From: Chloroflexota bacterium
Lineage (GTDB): Bacteria; Chloroflexota; Anaerolineae; VGOG01
Direction: 5' to 3'
Assembly: GCA_016875995.1 (NCBI GenBank)
Contig: VGOG01000001.1
Coordinates: 7,386 to 71,385, forward strand
Length of the DNA stretch: 64,000 bases
The notes below the pieces were generated by a model, which made no database searches, was not told where the DNA came from, and saw nothing but the letters and a program-made list of their open reading frames with translations. Shown here piece by piece: positions 29,585 through 40,913 of the stretch. Position 1 is the stretch's first letter. Each line of letters opens with the position of its first letter. The position numbers and the translations under genes are program-made.

Positions 29585-29904
29585 CGGCCTCCCTCCTTAA
29601 GAGCCTCTTCTCGAACTCCACTAATGCTTCATCGCTGAGCCGATCCCATTGGGCGAACTCGGTCTGCAAGGCCAAAGCTGCCTGGCGGCTCTGAAACAAG
29701 ATGCTCTCCTTGAACAAACGGACGATCTGCAACAGGTTAATACCCCTCCTTCGGTGTCCCGGCGGCCAAATGTCAGATGAACTGCAGTACAGCGTCCAAG
29801 ACATAGGGAACATTCATTGAAGAAGCCGGGTGGACTCCACCTTGATCATCGTGACGGTGGTCGGGAAAAGTGGAAACGGTGGGATGGGTAGTAGTCACGT
29901 GCGT

Positions 29905-30204
29905 TCAAACCTGGACTCCTGACAAGATGCGAAAGTGTCGCTCCCACAGGTCGAAGCCACGCTTGGCTGCATACCAATCAAAATAGTCAGCATCGTCACC
30001 CAACGCGCCGGATTCAAACTGCTGCATAAACTCTCCAGAAGACATCTGGTATTGCTGTTCAAAAGCGTGGCAAGCGCGTTCAAAGTAAGCGCGTCGCGCG
30101 TCGGCCAGCACAGCCTCGTTACGCAGCGCGCTGCTCAGAATCTCACGGACTTCATCCCAATTGACCCTGGTGGTGAATTGAGTCCTCAGTGCAATTCTTT
30201 CCAT
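29905..30204 (-). CDS. Hypothetical small protein (99 aa)
   Basis: ATG at 30204 after AAAGGAGAGAGG. Helical acidic protein. No family recognised. Confidence 0.45.
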   Translation of the reverse strand: MERIALRTQFTTRVNWDEVREILSSALRNEAVLADARRAYFERACHAFEQQYQMSSGEFMQQFESGALGDDADYFDWYAAKRGFDLWERHFRILSGVQV

Positions 30205-30287
30205 ACCTCTCTCCTTTCTACCCACTCCGACGGCCTTCCCTATGATGTCCATTTTAGCACAAAGCAACAGACAAGTCAATGCTCGAA

Positions 30288-31301
30288 TCAAGTGCCCATC
30301 ACTACCGGGATGGCCTGTCTGCAACGGGGGCACTTGTTACCCTTCAACCTGCACTGAGTCACACTCAAGCCCCTCCGCCGGATCAGCAACTCGCCACACG
30401 CCGGACAATAGGTGTTCTCGTACGGATGGCCCAGCACGTTGCCCAGGTAGACAAAGTCCAGCCTCTCTTCGATGCCGATGTCGTGGACCCACTCCAGGTT
30501 TTGCAATGGCGTGGGCGGGGCGGTGAATTTGTAGGCGGGATAGTAGCCGCTGCAGTGCCAGGGAGTGTCGGCGCCCAGCTCCTGGCGGATGCGCCGGGCG
30601 ATGCCCTGCAAGACGCCCTCATCATCGTTGACGGTCGGGATCACCAGGGTGGTGACCTCGATGTGCACCCCAGCTTTCCTGGCCTCCTGGCAGTTGCGCC
30701 AGACCTTTTCCACGTCGGTCCCGCAGTGCTTTTTGACCGCTGCCGCATCCCCCTTGATGTCCACGTTCATGGCATCCAGGCCCGCCTCGATCAGCAGCTC
30801 CAGTGCCTCAGGGGTCATGTAGCCGTTGGTCACGTAGGTGTTGTAGAGGCCCCGCTGCCGGGCAAGCCTGAACACGTCGAGGGACCATTCCAGGGAGAGG
30901 GTGGGCTCGTTGAAGCTGATGGAGGTGCCCTGGCAGCCATGGCGTGCGGTCTCAGTGACGAAATCCTCTGGGGACACGTAGCGTCCAGGGCGAGGCGGCG
31001 ATTTGGAGATGTCCCAGTTCTGGCACCAGGGACAGTTGAAGTTGCAGCTCCAACTGCCGGCCGTCAGGGCCACGCTGCCGGGGTGGAAATGATAGAGGGG
31101 CTTCTTCTCAATGGGGTTGGCTGAGAGGGACGATACGTTACCGTAGAGGAGGGTATAGAGGGTGCCGCCCTCGTTTTGTCGCGTGCGACACCAGCCCAGG
31201 CCGCCTTCCGCCACCTCGCACCGCCGCTCGCAGGTGAGACAACGCACCTTGCCGTTGAGCTTTTCTTGAAGCAGGACCTCTCTGAGATACGCTCCGTCCA
31301 T
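30288..31301 (-). CDS. AmmeMemoRadiSam-system-type radical SAM enzyme (PflA-like)
   Basis: VRCLTCERRCEV..GWCRTRQN, CNFNCPWCQNW radical-SAM cluster, C-terminal CPACG..CPRC. Confidence 0.8.
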   Translation of the reverse strand: MDGAYLREVLLQEKLNGKVRCLTCERRCEVAEGGLGWCRTRQNEGGTLYTLLYGNVSSLSANPIEKKPLYHFHPGSVALTAGSWSCNFNCPWCQNWDISKSPPRPGRYVSPEDFVTETARHGCQGTSISFNEPTLSLEWSLDVFRLARQRGLYNTYVTNGYMTPEALELLIEAGLDAMNVDIKGDAAAVKKHCGTDVEKVWRNCQEARKAGVHIEVTTLVIPTVNDDEGVLQGIARRIRQELGADTPWHCSGYYPAYKFTAPPTPLQNLEWVHDIGIEERLDFVYLGNVLGHPYENTYCPACGELLIRRRGLSVTQCRLKGNKCPRCRQAIPVVMGT

Positions 31302-31308
31302 CGTTGCG

Positions 31309-31707
31309 TCAAGGGTGTAGCAGCCGTATGAAGCCCGCTTGTTCGAAGTGAGCGTCAGTAGTTAGGGCTTCGACGATGCCTCGTTGCTGCATCGACAGGA
31401 AGCTTACCGCATCGCACAGGGTCCACGTCTTGTCCAGGCGTTGCTGCAGGAACGCAAGAGCCTCCCGATGCAGAGATTCGTCTACATAGACAACCTTGAC
31501 CAATGGGTTGTCCTGCAATTCGGCCACAAATGCCAATGTCGCTTGGCGTGGCAGACGGCGCACCACGGCCAGGGCAACAAACTCTGCCAGCACGTAACTG
31601 TGAGTAATACGGGTGGGCGCGGCATGAAAGAAGGTCACCGCCTCCTCGTGTTGTGGTTCAGCAGCATGGTGAAAACACAATAACCCCGACGTATCCAGCA
31701 ACATCAC
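31309..31707 (-). CDS. vapC: PIN-domain toxin
   Basis: MMLLDTSGL.. N-terminal Asp, ..CDAVSFLSMQQRGIVEALTTDAHF C-terminal acidic residues. 4-nt overlap with the upstream antitoxin. Confidence 0.8.
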   Translation of the reverse strand: MMLLDTSGLLCFHHAAEPQHEEAVTFFHAAPTRITHSYVLAEFVALAVVRRLPRQATLAFVAELQDNPLVKVVYVDESLHREALAFLQQRLDKTWTLCDAVSFLSMQQRGIVEALTTDAHFEQAGFIRLLHP

Positions 31708-31985
31708 GGCTCTCCCTCGTGTGTGCTGACGTATTCCCGCGTCAGATCAACGTCAATGCTCTCGTTGTCCACGCCTGTCGGATGGCCTAAATTAACTGCG
31801 CCCGCGTGTCGCATCAGCCGCGCCATGGCCTCAGCGCGTTCCCGCTCAGGCAGCGCTACCCGTGGCATATGGGCCTGAAGCTGCACCAGAATCCACTCCT
31901 CCAGTGGCTTACCCGTTTTCTCTGCTACTTTCACCAGTGGCTGATATACGTTATCTGGCAATTCCAAAGTCACGACTGTGCTCAT
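31704..31985 (-). CDS. Antitoxin partner of VapC
   Basis: 93 aa, directly upstream and overlapping vapC. Confidence 0.6.
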   Translation of the reverse strand: MSTVVTLELPDNVYQPLVKVAEKTGKPLEEWILVQLQAHMPRVALPERERAEAMARLMRHAGAVNLGHPTGVDNESIDVDLTREYVSTHEGEP

Positions 31986-32040
31986 CGTTTCTCACCTCTA
32001 TTTGCGGACACTCCCATTTTATCACAAAGCGGCAGACAAG

Positions 32041-33000
32041 TCAACGAGCAACTAACCGCTTCAACTCCTCCAACACCACCCTGAGATCATCGGGCAGCTC
32101 CGCCATGAGCTCGATGTACTCGTCGCTGCCGGGCAGGCGAAAGCCCAGGGTTCGAGCGTGAAGGAATTGGCGCTGCAGGCTGCTCAGGCGCTGCTTGCGG
32201 AAGCCGTAGACGAGGTCGCCGGCCAGGGGATGGCCAATAGAAGCGAAGTGGATGCGCACCTGATGGGTGCGGCCGGTCCTGGGCTCGGCTTCTACCAAAG
32301 TGTAGCCCCCTCCACCGTGGAAATACTCTACCACCTGGTACTCGGTGCGGGCCTCACGTCCCCCCCTCATCACGGCCATGCGCTTGCGGCGCTTCTTGTC
32401 CCGCCCAATGGGAGCCTCAATGACACCCCGCGCTGGCTCCAGGCTTCCCTCCAGCAAAGCCAGGTAAACCTTCTTCACCTCCCGACGCTTGAACTGGCGC
32501 TGGAGGTGCCGACAAGCCAAATCATTCTTGGCCACGATGATCAGGCCTGAGGTGTCCTTATCCAGGCGGTGGACGATGCCCGGCCGCAGGGCATCTTCTG
32601 CTCTGGCCAGCTCCGGGCAATGGGCCAGGACTGCGTTGACCAGAGTTCCCGTGCGGTGGCCGTAGGCAGGGTGCACCACCATCCCCGCTGGCTTGTTCAC
32701 TACGATGATGCCTTCGTCCTCGTAGACGATGTTCAGGGGTATAGCCTCTGGCCTGACCTCCATCGGCTCCGGCAACGGGATGTGCACCACTACCAGGTCA
32801 CCAACCTCCACCCGGTAGCTGGGCTTGGCTAGCCCGCCGTTGACCTTGACCAACCCTTCTTCGATTAGCTTCCGGGCGCGCGAGCGAGAGAGGTCTGGCA
32901 CCGTCTGGGCGACGTATTTGTCCAGGCGTTGTCCGCCCTCGCTTGCCCTTAGCTCAATAGTCTGCTCCACTCCAGTCCTCAAAAAAACGACCGAGGCCAT
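32041..33000 (-). CDS. rluD: RluA-family 23S rRNA pseudouridine synthase
   Basis: N-terminal S4 domain (RLDKYV..SRSRARKLIEEGLVKVNG) and catalytic HRLDKDTSGL. Confidence 0.9.
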   Translation of the reverse strand: MASVVFLRTGVEQTIELRASEGGQRLDKYVAQTVPDLSRSRARKLIEEGLVKVNGGLAKPSYRVEVGDLVVVHIPLPEPMEVRPEAIPLNIVYEDEGIIVVNKPAGMVVHPAYGHRTGTLVNAVLAHCPELARAEDALRPGIVHRLDKDTSGLIIVAKNDLACRHLQRQFKRREVKKVYLALLEGSLEPARGVIEAPIGRDKKRRKRMAVMRGGREARTEYQVVEYFHGGGGYTLVEAEPRTGRTHQVRIHFASIGHPLAGDLVYGFRKQRLSSLQRQFLHARTLGFRLPGSDEYIELMAELPDDLRVVLEELKRLVAR

Positions 33001-33043
33001 AGGCTCTCGGTGCGCGAAATCTCCTTACTTACTTTGCATCCTC

Positions 33044-33271
33044 TCAGAGCAATCGCAGGAACTCCTCATTAGTTAGCCCTGCGTCTTTGATGATTCTGGA
33101 CAGTGTCCCCCGTTTCATGGCCTTGTTGTGCCTGGGAACAGATACAGGATTGGGGTGCCCATCCTTGTACAAGATTACGTGGCTGCCCGTTTGGTGATCC
33201 TCATAAAAGCCTGCCTTTTTGAGAGCTTGCAGCACCTTGCGTGGTCGTAACGCTGGCAGCCTAGGATTCAC
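33044..33271 (-). CDS. hicA: HicA-family mRNA interferase toxin
   Basis: KVLQALKKAGFYEDHQTGSHVILYKDG matches the YcfA/HicA pattern. Confidence 0.85.
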   Translation of the reverse strand: MNPRLPALRPRKVLQALKKAGFYEDHQTGSHVILYKDGHPNPVSVPRHNKAMKRGTLSRIIKDAGLTNEEFLRLL

Positions 33272-33489
33272 GCTGGCACTCCCACCATGGCAACCTTGAT
33301 TCTATCAGGGTCGGGGATGTAAAGGCCATGCCTCCTCGCTACAACCAACCAGCCTTGGATGGCGTCCTTGATGTTCTCTAAAGCTTCCTCCTCTGTATCG
33401 CCTTCCGATATGCACCCTGGAAGTGCAGGGGCCACCACCGTGTATCCCCCTTCTTCCGCTGGAATCAAGACGACTTCATAGTTTACCAT
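33268..33489 (-). CDS. hicB: HicB-family antitoxin
   Basis: YEVVLIPAEEGGYTVVAPALPGCISEGDTEEEALENIKDAI is the HicB N-terminal fold. 4-nt overlap with hicA. Confidence 0.85.
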   Translation of the reverse strand: MVNYEVVLIPAEEGGYTVVAPALPGCISEGDTEEEALENIKDAIQGWLVVARRHGLYIPDPDRIKVAMVGVPA

Positions 33490-33514
33490 CCCACTCCCCT
33501 CTAATTACTAATCT

Positions 33515-33979
33515 CTAATCTCCAATCCAATCCTCACCACGACGCAAGAGATGGAAAGCCAGGATCACCACCCCAACGAAGATGGCACTGTCGGCCACGT
33601 TGAAGACAGGCCAGACTTTGAAGTCAATGAAGTCTATGACGTGGCCGTAGCGCAGACGATCCAGCAAGTTACCCACAGCTCCGCCCAACTGCAGCCCCAG
33701 GCTGGTCTGAACCAACCACCGGTCGCCTGGCAAGCGGCGGTAGTAGACGACGATGATAAATATCACTATCACGGCAATGACCATCAAGATAGTGCCGTGA
33801 TCGGGGAACAGCCCGAACGCTGCCCCCGTGTTGGTCACGTAGGTCAGGCTCACGTAGCGCTCCAGAGCAGCCACGGGATTCCAGGACTCGCCCGGCTTCA
33901 GGCTGGCCATCACCACCCACTTGCTGAGGCGGTCTGCCACCAGGGTGAGAACGGCAACTGCTGGCAAGAGGAACCTCAT
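33515..33979 (-). CDS. lspA: Lipoprotein signal peptidase II
   Basis: NTGAAFG, GGAVGNLLDR and FNVADS motifs. Start moved to M27 (33979) to avoid overlap with the DksA-like gene. Confidence 0.9.
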   Translation of the reverse strand: MRFLLPAVAVLTLVADRLSKWVVMASLKPGESWNPVAALERYVSLTYVTNTGAAFGLFPDHGTILMVIAVIVIFIIVVYYRRLPGDRWLVQTSLGLQLGGAVGNLLDRLRYGHVIDFIDFKVWPVFNVADSAIFVGVVILAFHLLRRGEDWIGD

Positions 33980-34010
33980 CCACTTCTCACGAGGCAAAAG
34001 GCAAGCTCCT

Positions 34011-34355
34011 CTACGATCTCTCGCGCTGCTGCTGGCACTGGATGCACAGGGCAGCATAAGGAAGGGCCTTCAAACGAGCACGATCTATCTCACCGCCGCA
34101 GTCCTCGCACAGCCCATAGGTGCCTCTATCAAATTTCGCCAGGGCATCGTTCACCTGGCCCAGGAGACGCTGCAGATGCTGGCGCAACGCGTGGTTCTTG
34201 GCGTTTTCGTAAACCTCGGTCGCATCATCGGCGATGTGGGTGCTGTAGCCGGGGTTCTCCTGCTCCGTCACACCTAGCCGCTCCAGTTGTGCGGTCAGCT
34301 TTTCGCGCTCCTCTTCGAGCCGTTTCCTGAACGATTCATCAGCCCTACTCATCAC
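34011..34355 (-). CDS. TraR/DksA-family C4 zinc-finger protein
   Basis: CEDCGGEIDRARLKALPYAALCIQCQ. Confidence 0.85.
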   Translation of the reverse strand: MMSRADESFRKRLEEEREKLTAQLERLGVTEQENPGYSTHIADDATEVYENAKNHALRQHLQRLLGQVNDALAKFDRGTYGLCEDCGGEIDRARLKALPYAALCIQCQQQRERS

Positions 34356-34393
34356 AACCTCCTCTCATTCACTATCAGGCTGACGTGTAATCT

Positions 34394-34422
34394 ATTCTAC
34401 CCCATTGTCACCAAAAAGGCAA
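34394..34422 (-). promoter_or_regulatory. Candidate promoter for the dksA-like/lspA unit
   Basis: Minus strand TTGCCT, 17-nt spacer, TAGAAT. Confidence 0.45.
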
Positions 34423-34441
34423 ATCGTGATCAACTTCAAAG

Positions 34442-37666
<3,225 letters not shown>

Positions 37667-37685
37667 AATTGCTGTTCCTCCTGGA

Positions 37686-38399
37686 TTATCTCTCTTCTAA
37701 CGCGATCCGCAATCGCTTGTTGATGCGGCCTTTGCTCTCGTGGCCCACCACGTGGATCGTGCCCACCTCGCGGGTGTTGGCCACGTGGGTGCCGCCGTCG
37801 GCCTGGATGTCGAGGCCCTCGATCTCCACCACGCGCACCTCGCGGATGCTCTCCGGCAGCAGGTTGATCTTGGTGCGGATGAGATCGGGGATCTGAAAGG
37901 CCTCCTGGCGGGGCAAGATGTAGATGTTGACCGGGCGAGCAGCCGCGACCTCGGCGTTGATCTTCCCCTCCACCTCCTGGGCGAAGTCCGCGCTCATGTG
38001 CTCCAGCTCGAAGTCCATGCGCGCTTTCAACGGCTCCATGTTGCCGCCGGTCACCAGGGCGCCGTAGTCGCGCCAGATGAGGCCGCAGAGGATGTGCAGC
38101 GCGGTGTGGGTGCGCATCAGTTGATAGCGGTGCTCCCAATCCAGCATCCCCATGACCGCCGTGCCCACAGGCGGCGGCTCGACGTCCAGCTTGTGCCACA
38201 CCGGGCCGCCCTGCTTCTTGACCTTGACCACCTGGGCCTGGCCGTCATCCCACAACAGCCTGCCGCCGTCGGCCGGCTGCCCTCCGCCGCCGGGATAGAA
38301 GGCTGTGCGGTCCAGAGCCACCCGGTCGCCCTCAGTCGCCACCACTGTGGCTTCGAACTCCCTGAGATAGCAATCGGTCAGATAGAGCAACTCGGTCAC
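37686..38399 (-). CDS. alaX: AlaX-type alanyl-tRNA editing (trans-editing deacylase) protein
   Basis: 237 aa. Zinc motifs HTALHIL and ADGGTHV. 19 nt upstream of ileS. Confidence 0.8.
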   Translation of the reverse strand: MTELLYLTDCYLREFEATVVATEGDRVALDRTAFYPGGGGQPADGGRLLWDDGQAQVVKVKKQGGPVWHKLDVEPPPVGTAVMGMLDWEHRYQLMRTHTALHILCGLIWRDYGALVTGGNMEPLKARMDFELEHMSADFAQEVEGKINAEVAAARPVNIYILPRQEAFQIPDLIRTKINLLPESIREVRVVEIEGLDIQADGGTHVANTREVGTIHVVGHESKGRINKRLRIALEER

Positions 38400-38416
38400 G
38401 ATTCACCTCCCATAAA

Positions 38417-38720
38417 CCAAAAAGCTCTCATCCCTAAGGGACGAGAGCTTCGACTCCCGCGGTACCACCCTGATTGGCGTTGCCGCCCACTCTGTGGGGT
38501 ACGTATTCATACCCCCATCCGGGTAACGGAGGACGAGCCCGGCCAGGTCTACTTGCTTCGTACATTCGTGACGAATCTACGAATTACGAGTCTACGAATT
38601 TACGAGCTTTCGGCTGGCAACTCCGGAGGGATTTTCGGCGAGGTTCCCGCATCCGGCTTCCACCTCACCCGGACTCTCTGAGCGTTATCCCTCACCTACT
38701 CGTCTCCATCATCGCTTTTG
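38417..38720 (-). promoter_or_regulatory. T-box riboswitch leader controlling alaX-ileS
   Basis: Minus strand shows AGCGATGATGGAGACGAGTAGG (GA/K-turn + AGTA), CAGAGAG (AG bulge) and GGGTGAGGTGG (distal loop). The candidate specifier loop is GAAAAUCC (AUC = Ile). The canonical T-box AATCAGGGTGGTACCGCGGGA is at 38475-38455. The terminator is AAGCTCTCGTCCC-TTA-GGGATGAGAGCTT + TTTTT. Confidence 0.85.
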
Positions 38721-38725
38721 AGAAG

Positions 38726-38754
38726 ACTATAGCACAAAAACAGCGATTTGTCAA
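38726..38754 (-). promoter_or_regulatory. Promoter for the T-box leader
   Basis: Minus strand TTGACA (38754-38749), 17-nt spacer, TATAGT (38731-38726), with an upstream TG. Confidence 0.65.
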
Positions 38755-38755
38755 A

Positions 38756-39319
38756 TTAGTGCCCCAATATCTTAACGCTCTCCTGGCGAGGTTGAAGCCC
38801 TAGCCGGAAAGCGGCAAACCGATCCAACAGTTCCCGCACCTGGTTGCGCCGCGCCCTCATGCGCTCATCCTTGGCCTTCCAGACCCCGCTCACCTGGTTG
38901 ATGACCAGGCTGCTATCACCCCTCACTTCGATGGAGAAGTCCGCGGGGCTCCGTTTCGCCTCCGTCAGCTTCTGGATCAGGTCATTCAGGCCAGCGATCA
39001 GCGTGTCGTACTCCGCCTCATTGTTGGTCATCTCCCCGCCGAAATCCAGCCGCACCACCCGCTTCTGGCCATCGCTGGCCCTGATCAAGGCGTAGCTGCC
39101 ATAGCCAGGGCCTGGGTTGCCGACGCTTCCCCCATCGAAGACCAGAATGTAATCGGCCCGGCCCTCTAACTGACCAGCGTCGAAGGCCAACGCGGGTTGG
39201 CGAGCTTCGGGCAACCCACCTGTGAGTTCTTCCATAGCGACGAGCTTTTTACAGAGCTCTCTCCTCTCCGCCGCGCTCAAGGCAGAAATAGCTGCTAGAA
39301 TCTCTTCCACGTCTTTCAT
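38756..39319 (-). CDS. RNase HI-family protein with an N-terminal extension
   Basis: FDGGSVGNPGPGYGSY, NNEAEYDTLIAGL and GDSSLVINQ are the RNase H type 1 catalytic D-E-D context. Confidence 0.75.
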   Translation of the reverse strand: MKDVEEILAAISALSAAERRELCKKLVAMEELTGGLPEARQPALAFDAGQLEGRADYILVFDGGSVGNPGPGYGSYALIRASDGQKRVVRLDFGGEMTNNEAEYDTLIAGLNDLIQKLTEAKRSPADFSIEVRGDSSLVINQVSGVWKAKDERMRARRNQVRELLDRFAAFRLGLQPRQESVKILGH

Positions 39320-39329
39320 CGCTGGCCTC

Positions 39330-40163
39330 TCAACTCTCTCCAGGAATCAGTTGGTCGTAGAGCACCTCTAAGTTGGCCTGGTGCAAGTCCTGCACCAGGC
39401 CATCGAGGGGGATACGAGACTTGCCACAACTCTCGATGCCTATCCGCCTGAGCTCATCCCGCGGTGCTCCGGCCTCGACCTTCTCTTTTACCCGGTTATA
39501 AATCGTCTCCAGGTAAGCGATGCTGCTCTTCAGGGTCCCCTTGATCTCGCCTCGCAGGAGTACCCCACCGTGTCCCTGCACTATGTTATCCAGGCTCAAT
39601 TTGGCGATGGCTCGCAAAGATTCCATCAACTCCAGGCGATCACCATCCACTATGTAGGGCACAGGCATAACGGTATCGCCAGCGAAAAGCACTTTGTCCT
39701 CCCTGGCGTAGACCACTATCGAATCGGGCGTGGTACCTGGCGTGTGCAGCAACCGCAGGGTTTTATCGCCCAGCCTAAGGATCAACTCCTCGTTGAAGGT
39801 GAGGGAGGGCAGACGCAGTTGCACCTCGGCCAGCTCGGGGATTTGTTCCTTAGCTTCACTCAGCTCTTCCTCACCGCACTTCTGCAGAGTCTGGCGGCAG
39901 AGCTCGTGGGCTATCACCTCGGCCCCATTGAAAAGATAAGTGCCGTAAACGTGATCGGAGTGGGAGTGGGTGTTGATCACGTAGCGCACCCCGCTCTTGC
40001 TCTTTCGCCGCACGAGGTCCACGATCTCGCTTGTTTCCTGCGGAAAGAGCAGGGTATCAATAACGACCACCCCTTGCGAGGTGAAGATGACCCCAGCCGT
40101 TACTTTGACGTAGAGATCGCTGGTGAAGATGTAGATGTCGTCGGCGACTCTCTCTCTCAGCAT
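39330..40163 (-). CDS. MBL-fold metallo-hydrolase
   Basis: HSHSDHVYG motif. Start at ATG 40163, 5 nt after AAGGAGG. The longer ORF would overlap mgsA. Confidence 0.8.
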   Translation of the reverse strand: MLRERVADDIYIFTSDLYVKVTAGVIFTSQGVVVIDTLLFPQETSEIVDLVRRKSKSGVRYVINTHSHSDHVYGTYLFNGAEVIAHELCRQTLQKCGEEELSEAKEQIPELAEVQLRLPSLTFNEELILRLGDKTLRLLHTPGTTPDSIVVYAREDKVLFAGDTVMPVPYIVDGDRLELMESLRAIAKLSLDNIVQGHGGVLLRGEIKGTLKSSIAYLETIYNRVKEKVEAGAPRDELRRIGIESCGKSRIPLDGLVQDLHQANLEVLYDQLIPGES

Positions 40164-40188
40164 GTACGCCTCCTTTACCCCGGTCCAA

Positions 40189-40563
40189 TTACAAAGCATT
40201 GGCAGAAATGATCAGGTCGGCGGTAGCAACGTTAGTGGCGATCGGCACGTTATGCACGTTACAAGCCCGCAGTAGGGTCTGAATGTCAGGGTCATGGGGA
40301 TGTTTATCCAGGGGATCTACCAGGAAGAAAACGCCATCTATTGACCCTTCAGCCACACGGGCGGCGATCTGCGCATCACCTCCGAGTGGGCCTGCCAGTA
40401 AACGCTCCACCTCGAGGCCCACTTTCTCTTTCAGGAGTTTGCCAGTGGTGGCAGTAGCTACCAGGTGGTATTCTGCCAGTTTTTCGCGGTTGAAAGTGGC
40501 AAAGGCTACCAGGTCGGCCTTCTTGCCATCGTGCGCGATCAAAGCTATGGTCTTCACACGCAT
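40189..40563 (-). CDS. mgsA: Methylglyoxal synthase
   Basis: IALIAHDGKKADLVAF..LVATATTGKLL..GPLGGDAQIAARV..VFFLVDPL..HPHDPDIQTLLRACNVHNVPIATN. Confidence 0.9.
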   Translation of the reverse strand: MRVKTIALIAHDGKKADLVAFATFNREKLAEYHLVATATTGKLLKEKVGLEVERLLAGPLGGDAQIAARVAEGSIDGVFFLVDPLDKHPHDPDIQTLLRACNVHNVPIATNVATADLIISANAL

Positions 40564-40575
40564 GCCCTCCCATGA

Positions 40576-40791
40576 AAAATACCACCAGGTAAGACCTGGT
40601 GGCTCTTTTTCATTCCCCGCTATGCCGTGTGCTACCAGTGTTTTGAACCTGCTTTCGCAGGTGGGAATCTACCTATTGGTTCTACCTCGCCTATGCCGGC
40701 TAACGTATCCCCTCTAGAGTTCCAATTCCCTCTATATTAAGTGTTGGCTCAAAACTCTCGCTACGCATCACGAACATAGCAGGGTATTTCC
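40576..40791 (-). ncRNA. Unassigned structured RNA (6S-like rod, or an mgsA leader/attenuator)
   Basis: It has its own promoter and a terminator (CCACCAGG-TCTTA-CCTGGTGG + TATTTTT). Long-range pairings are CCCTGCTATG/CATAGCGGGG, CGTG/CACG, GTTTTGAGCC/GGTTCAAAAC, and GGGAATTGG/CCAA..ATTCCC. No ORF is present and the region is AT-rich. Confidence 0.45.
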
Positions 40792-40796
40792 ACTAT

Positions 40797-40825
40797 ATCT
40801 TACCACAAAATCAAAAAAAAAGCAA
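40797..40825 (-). promoter_or_regulatory. Promoter for the structured RNA / mgsA
   Basis: Minus strand TTGCTT (40825-40820), 17-nt spacer, TAAGAT (40802-40797). Confidence 0.5.
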
Positions 40826-40913
40826 ATTCAGGTTAGCCGCCTTAAGGAACCAGCAGTCACCTGCCAAATTTTAAGGTAACCATTCACCTGCTCCCGCTGG
40901 ACCCTGGTCCAGC

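Noticed and set aside
29562-29813. 83-aa ORF upstream of the MazF antitoxin as a third TA component
   Set aside because: The N-terminal half looks non-protein-like (Trp/Cys/Pro/Arg-rich) and the ORF overlaps the antitoxin start. Only the C-terminal ~45 aa look helical, which is insufficient support.
40576-40791. Structured RNA as SRP RNA, RNase P RNA or tmRNA
   Set aside because: There is no SRP domain IV motif (GGAAG..AGCAG symmetric loop), no RNase P GAGGAAAGTCC core, and no tRNA-like acceptor or tag ORF. Only a 6S-like rod or a leader remains plausible.
40896-40913. GCTGGACC-CTG-GTCCAGC hairpin right after the aspS stop as an intrinsic terminator
   Set aside because: No U-tract follows on the minus strand. 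It may be a stabilising stem, but it cannot be called a terminator from sequence alone.
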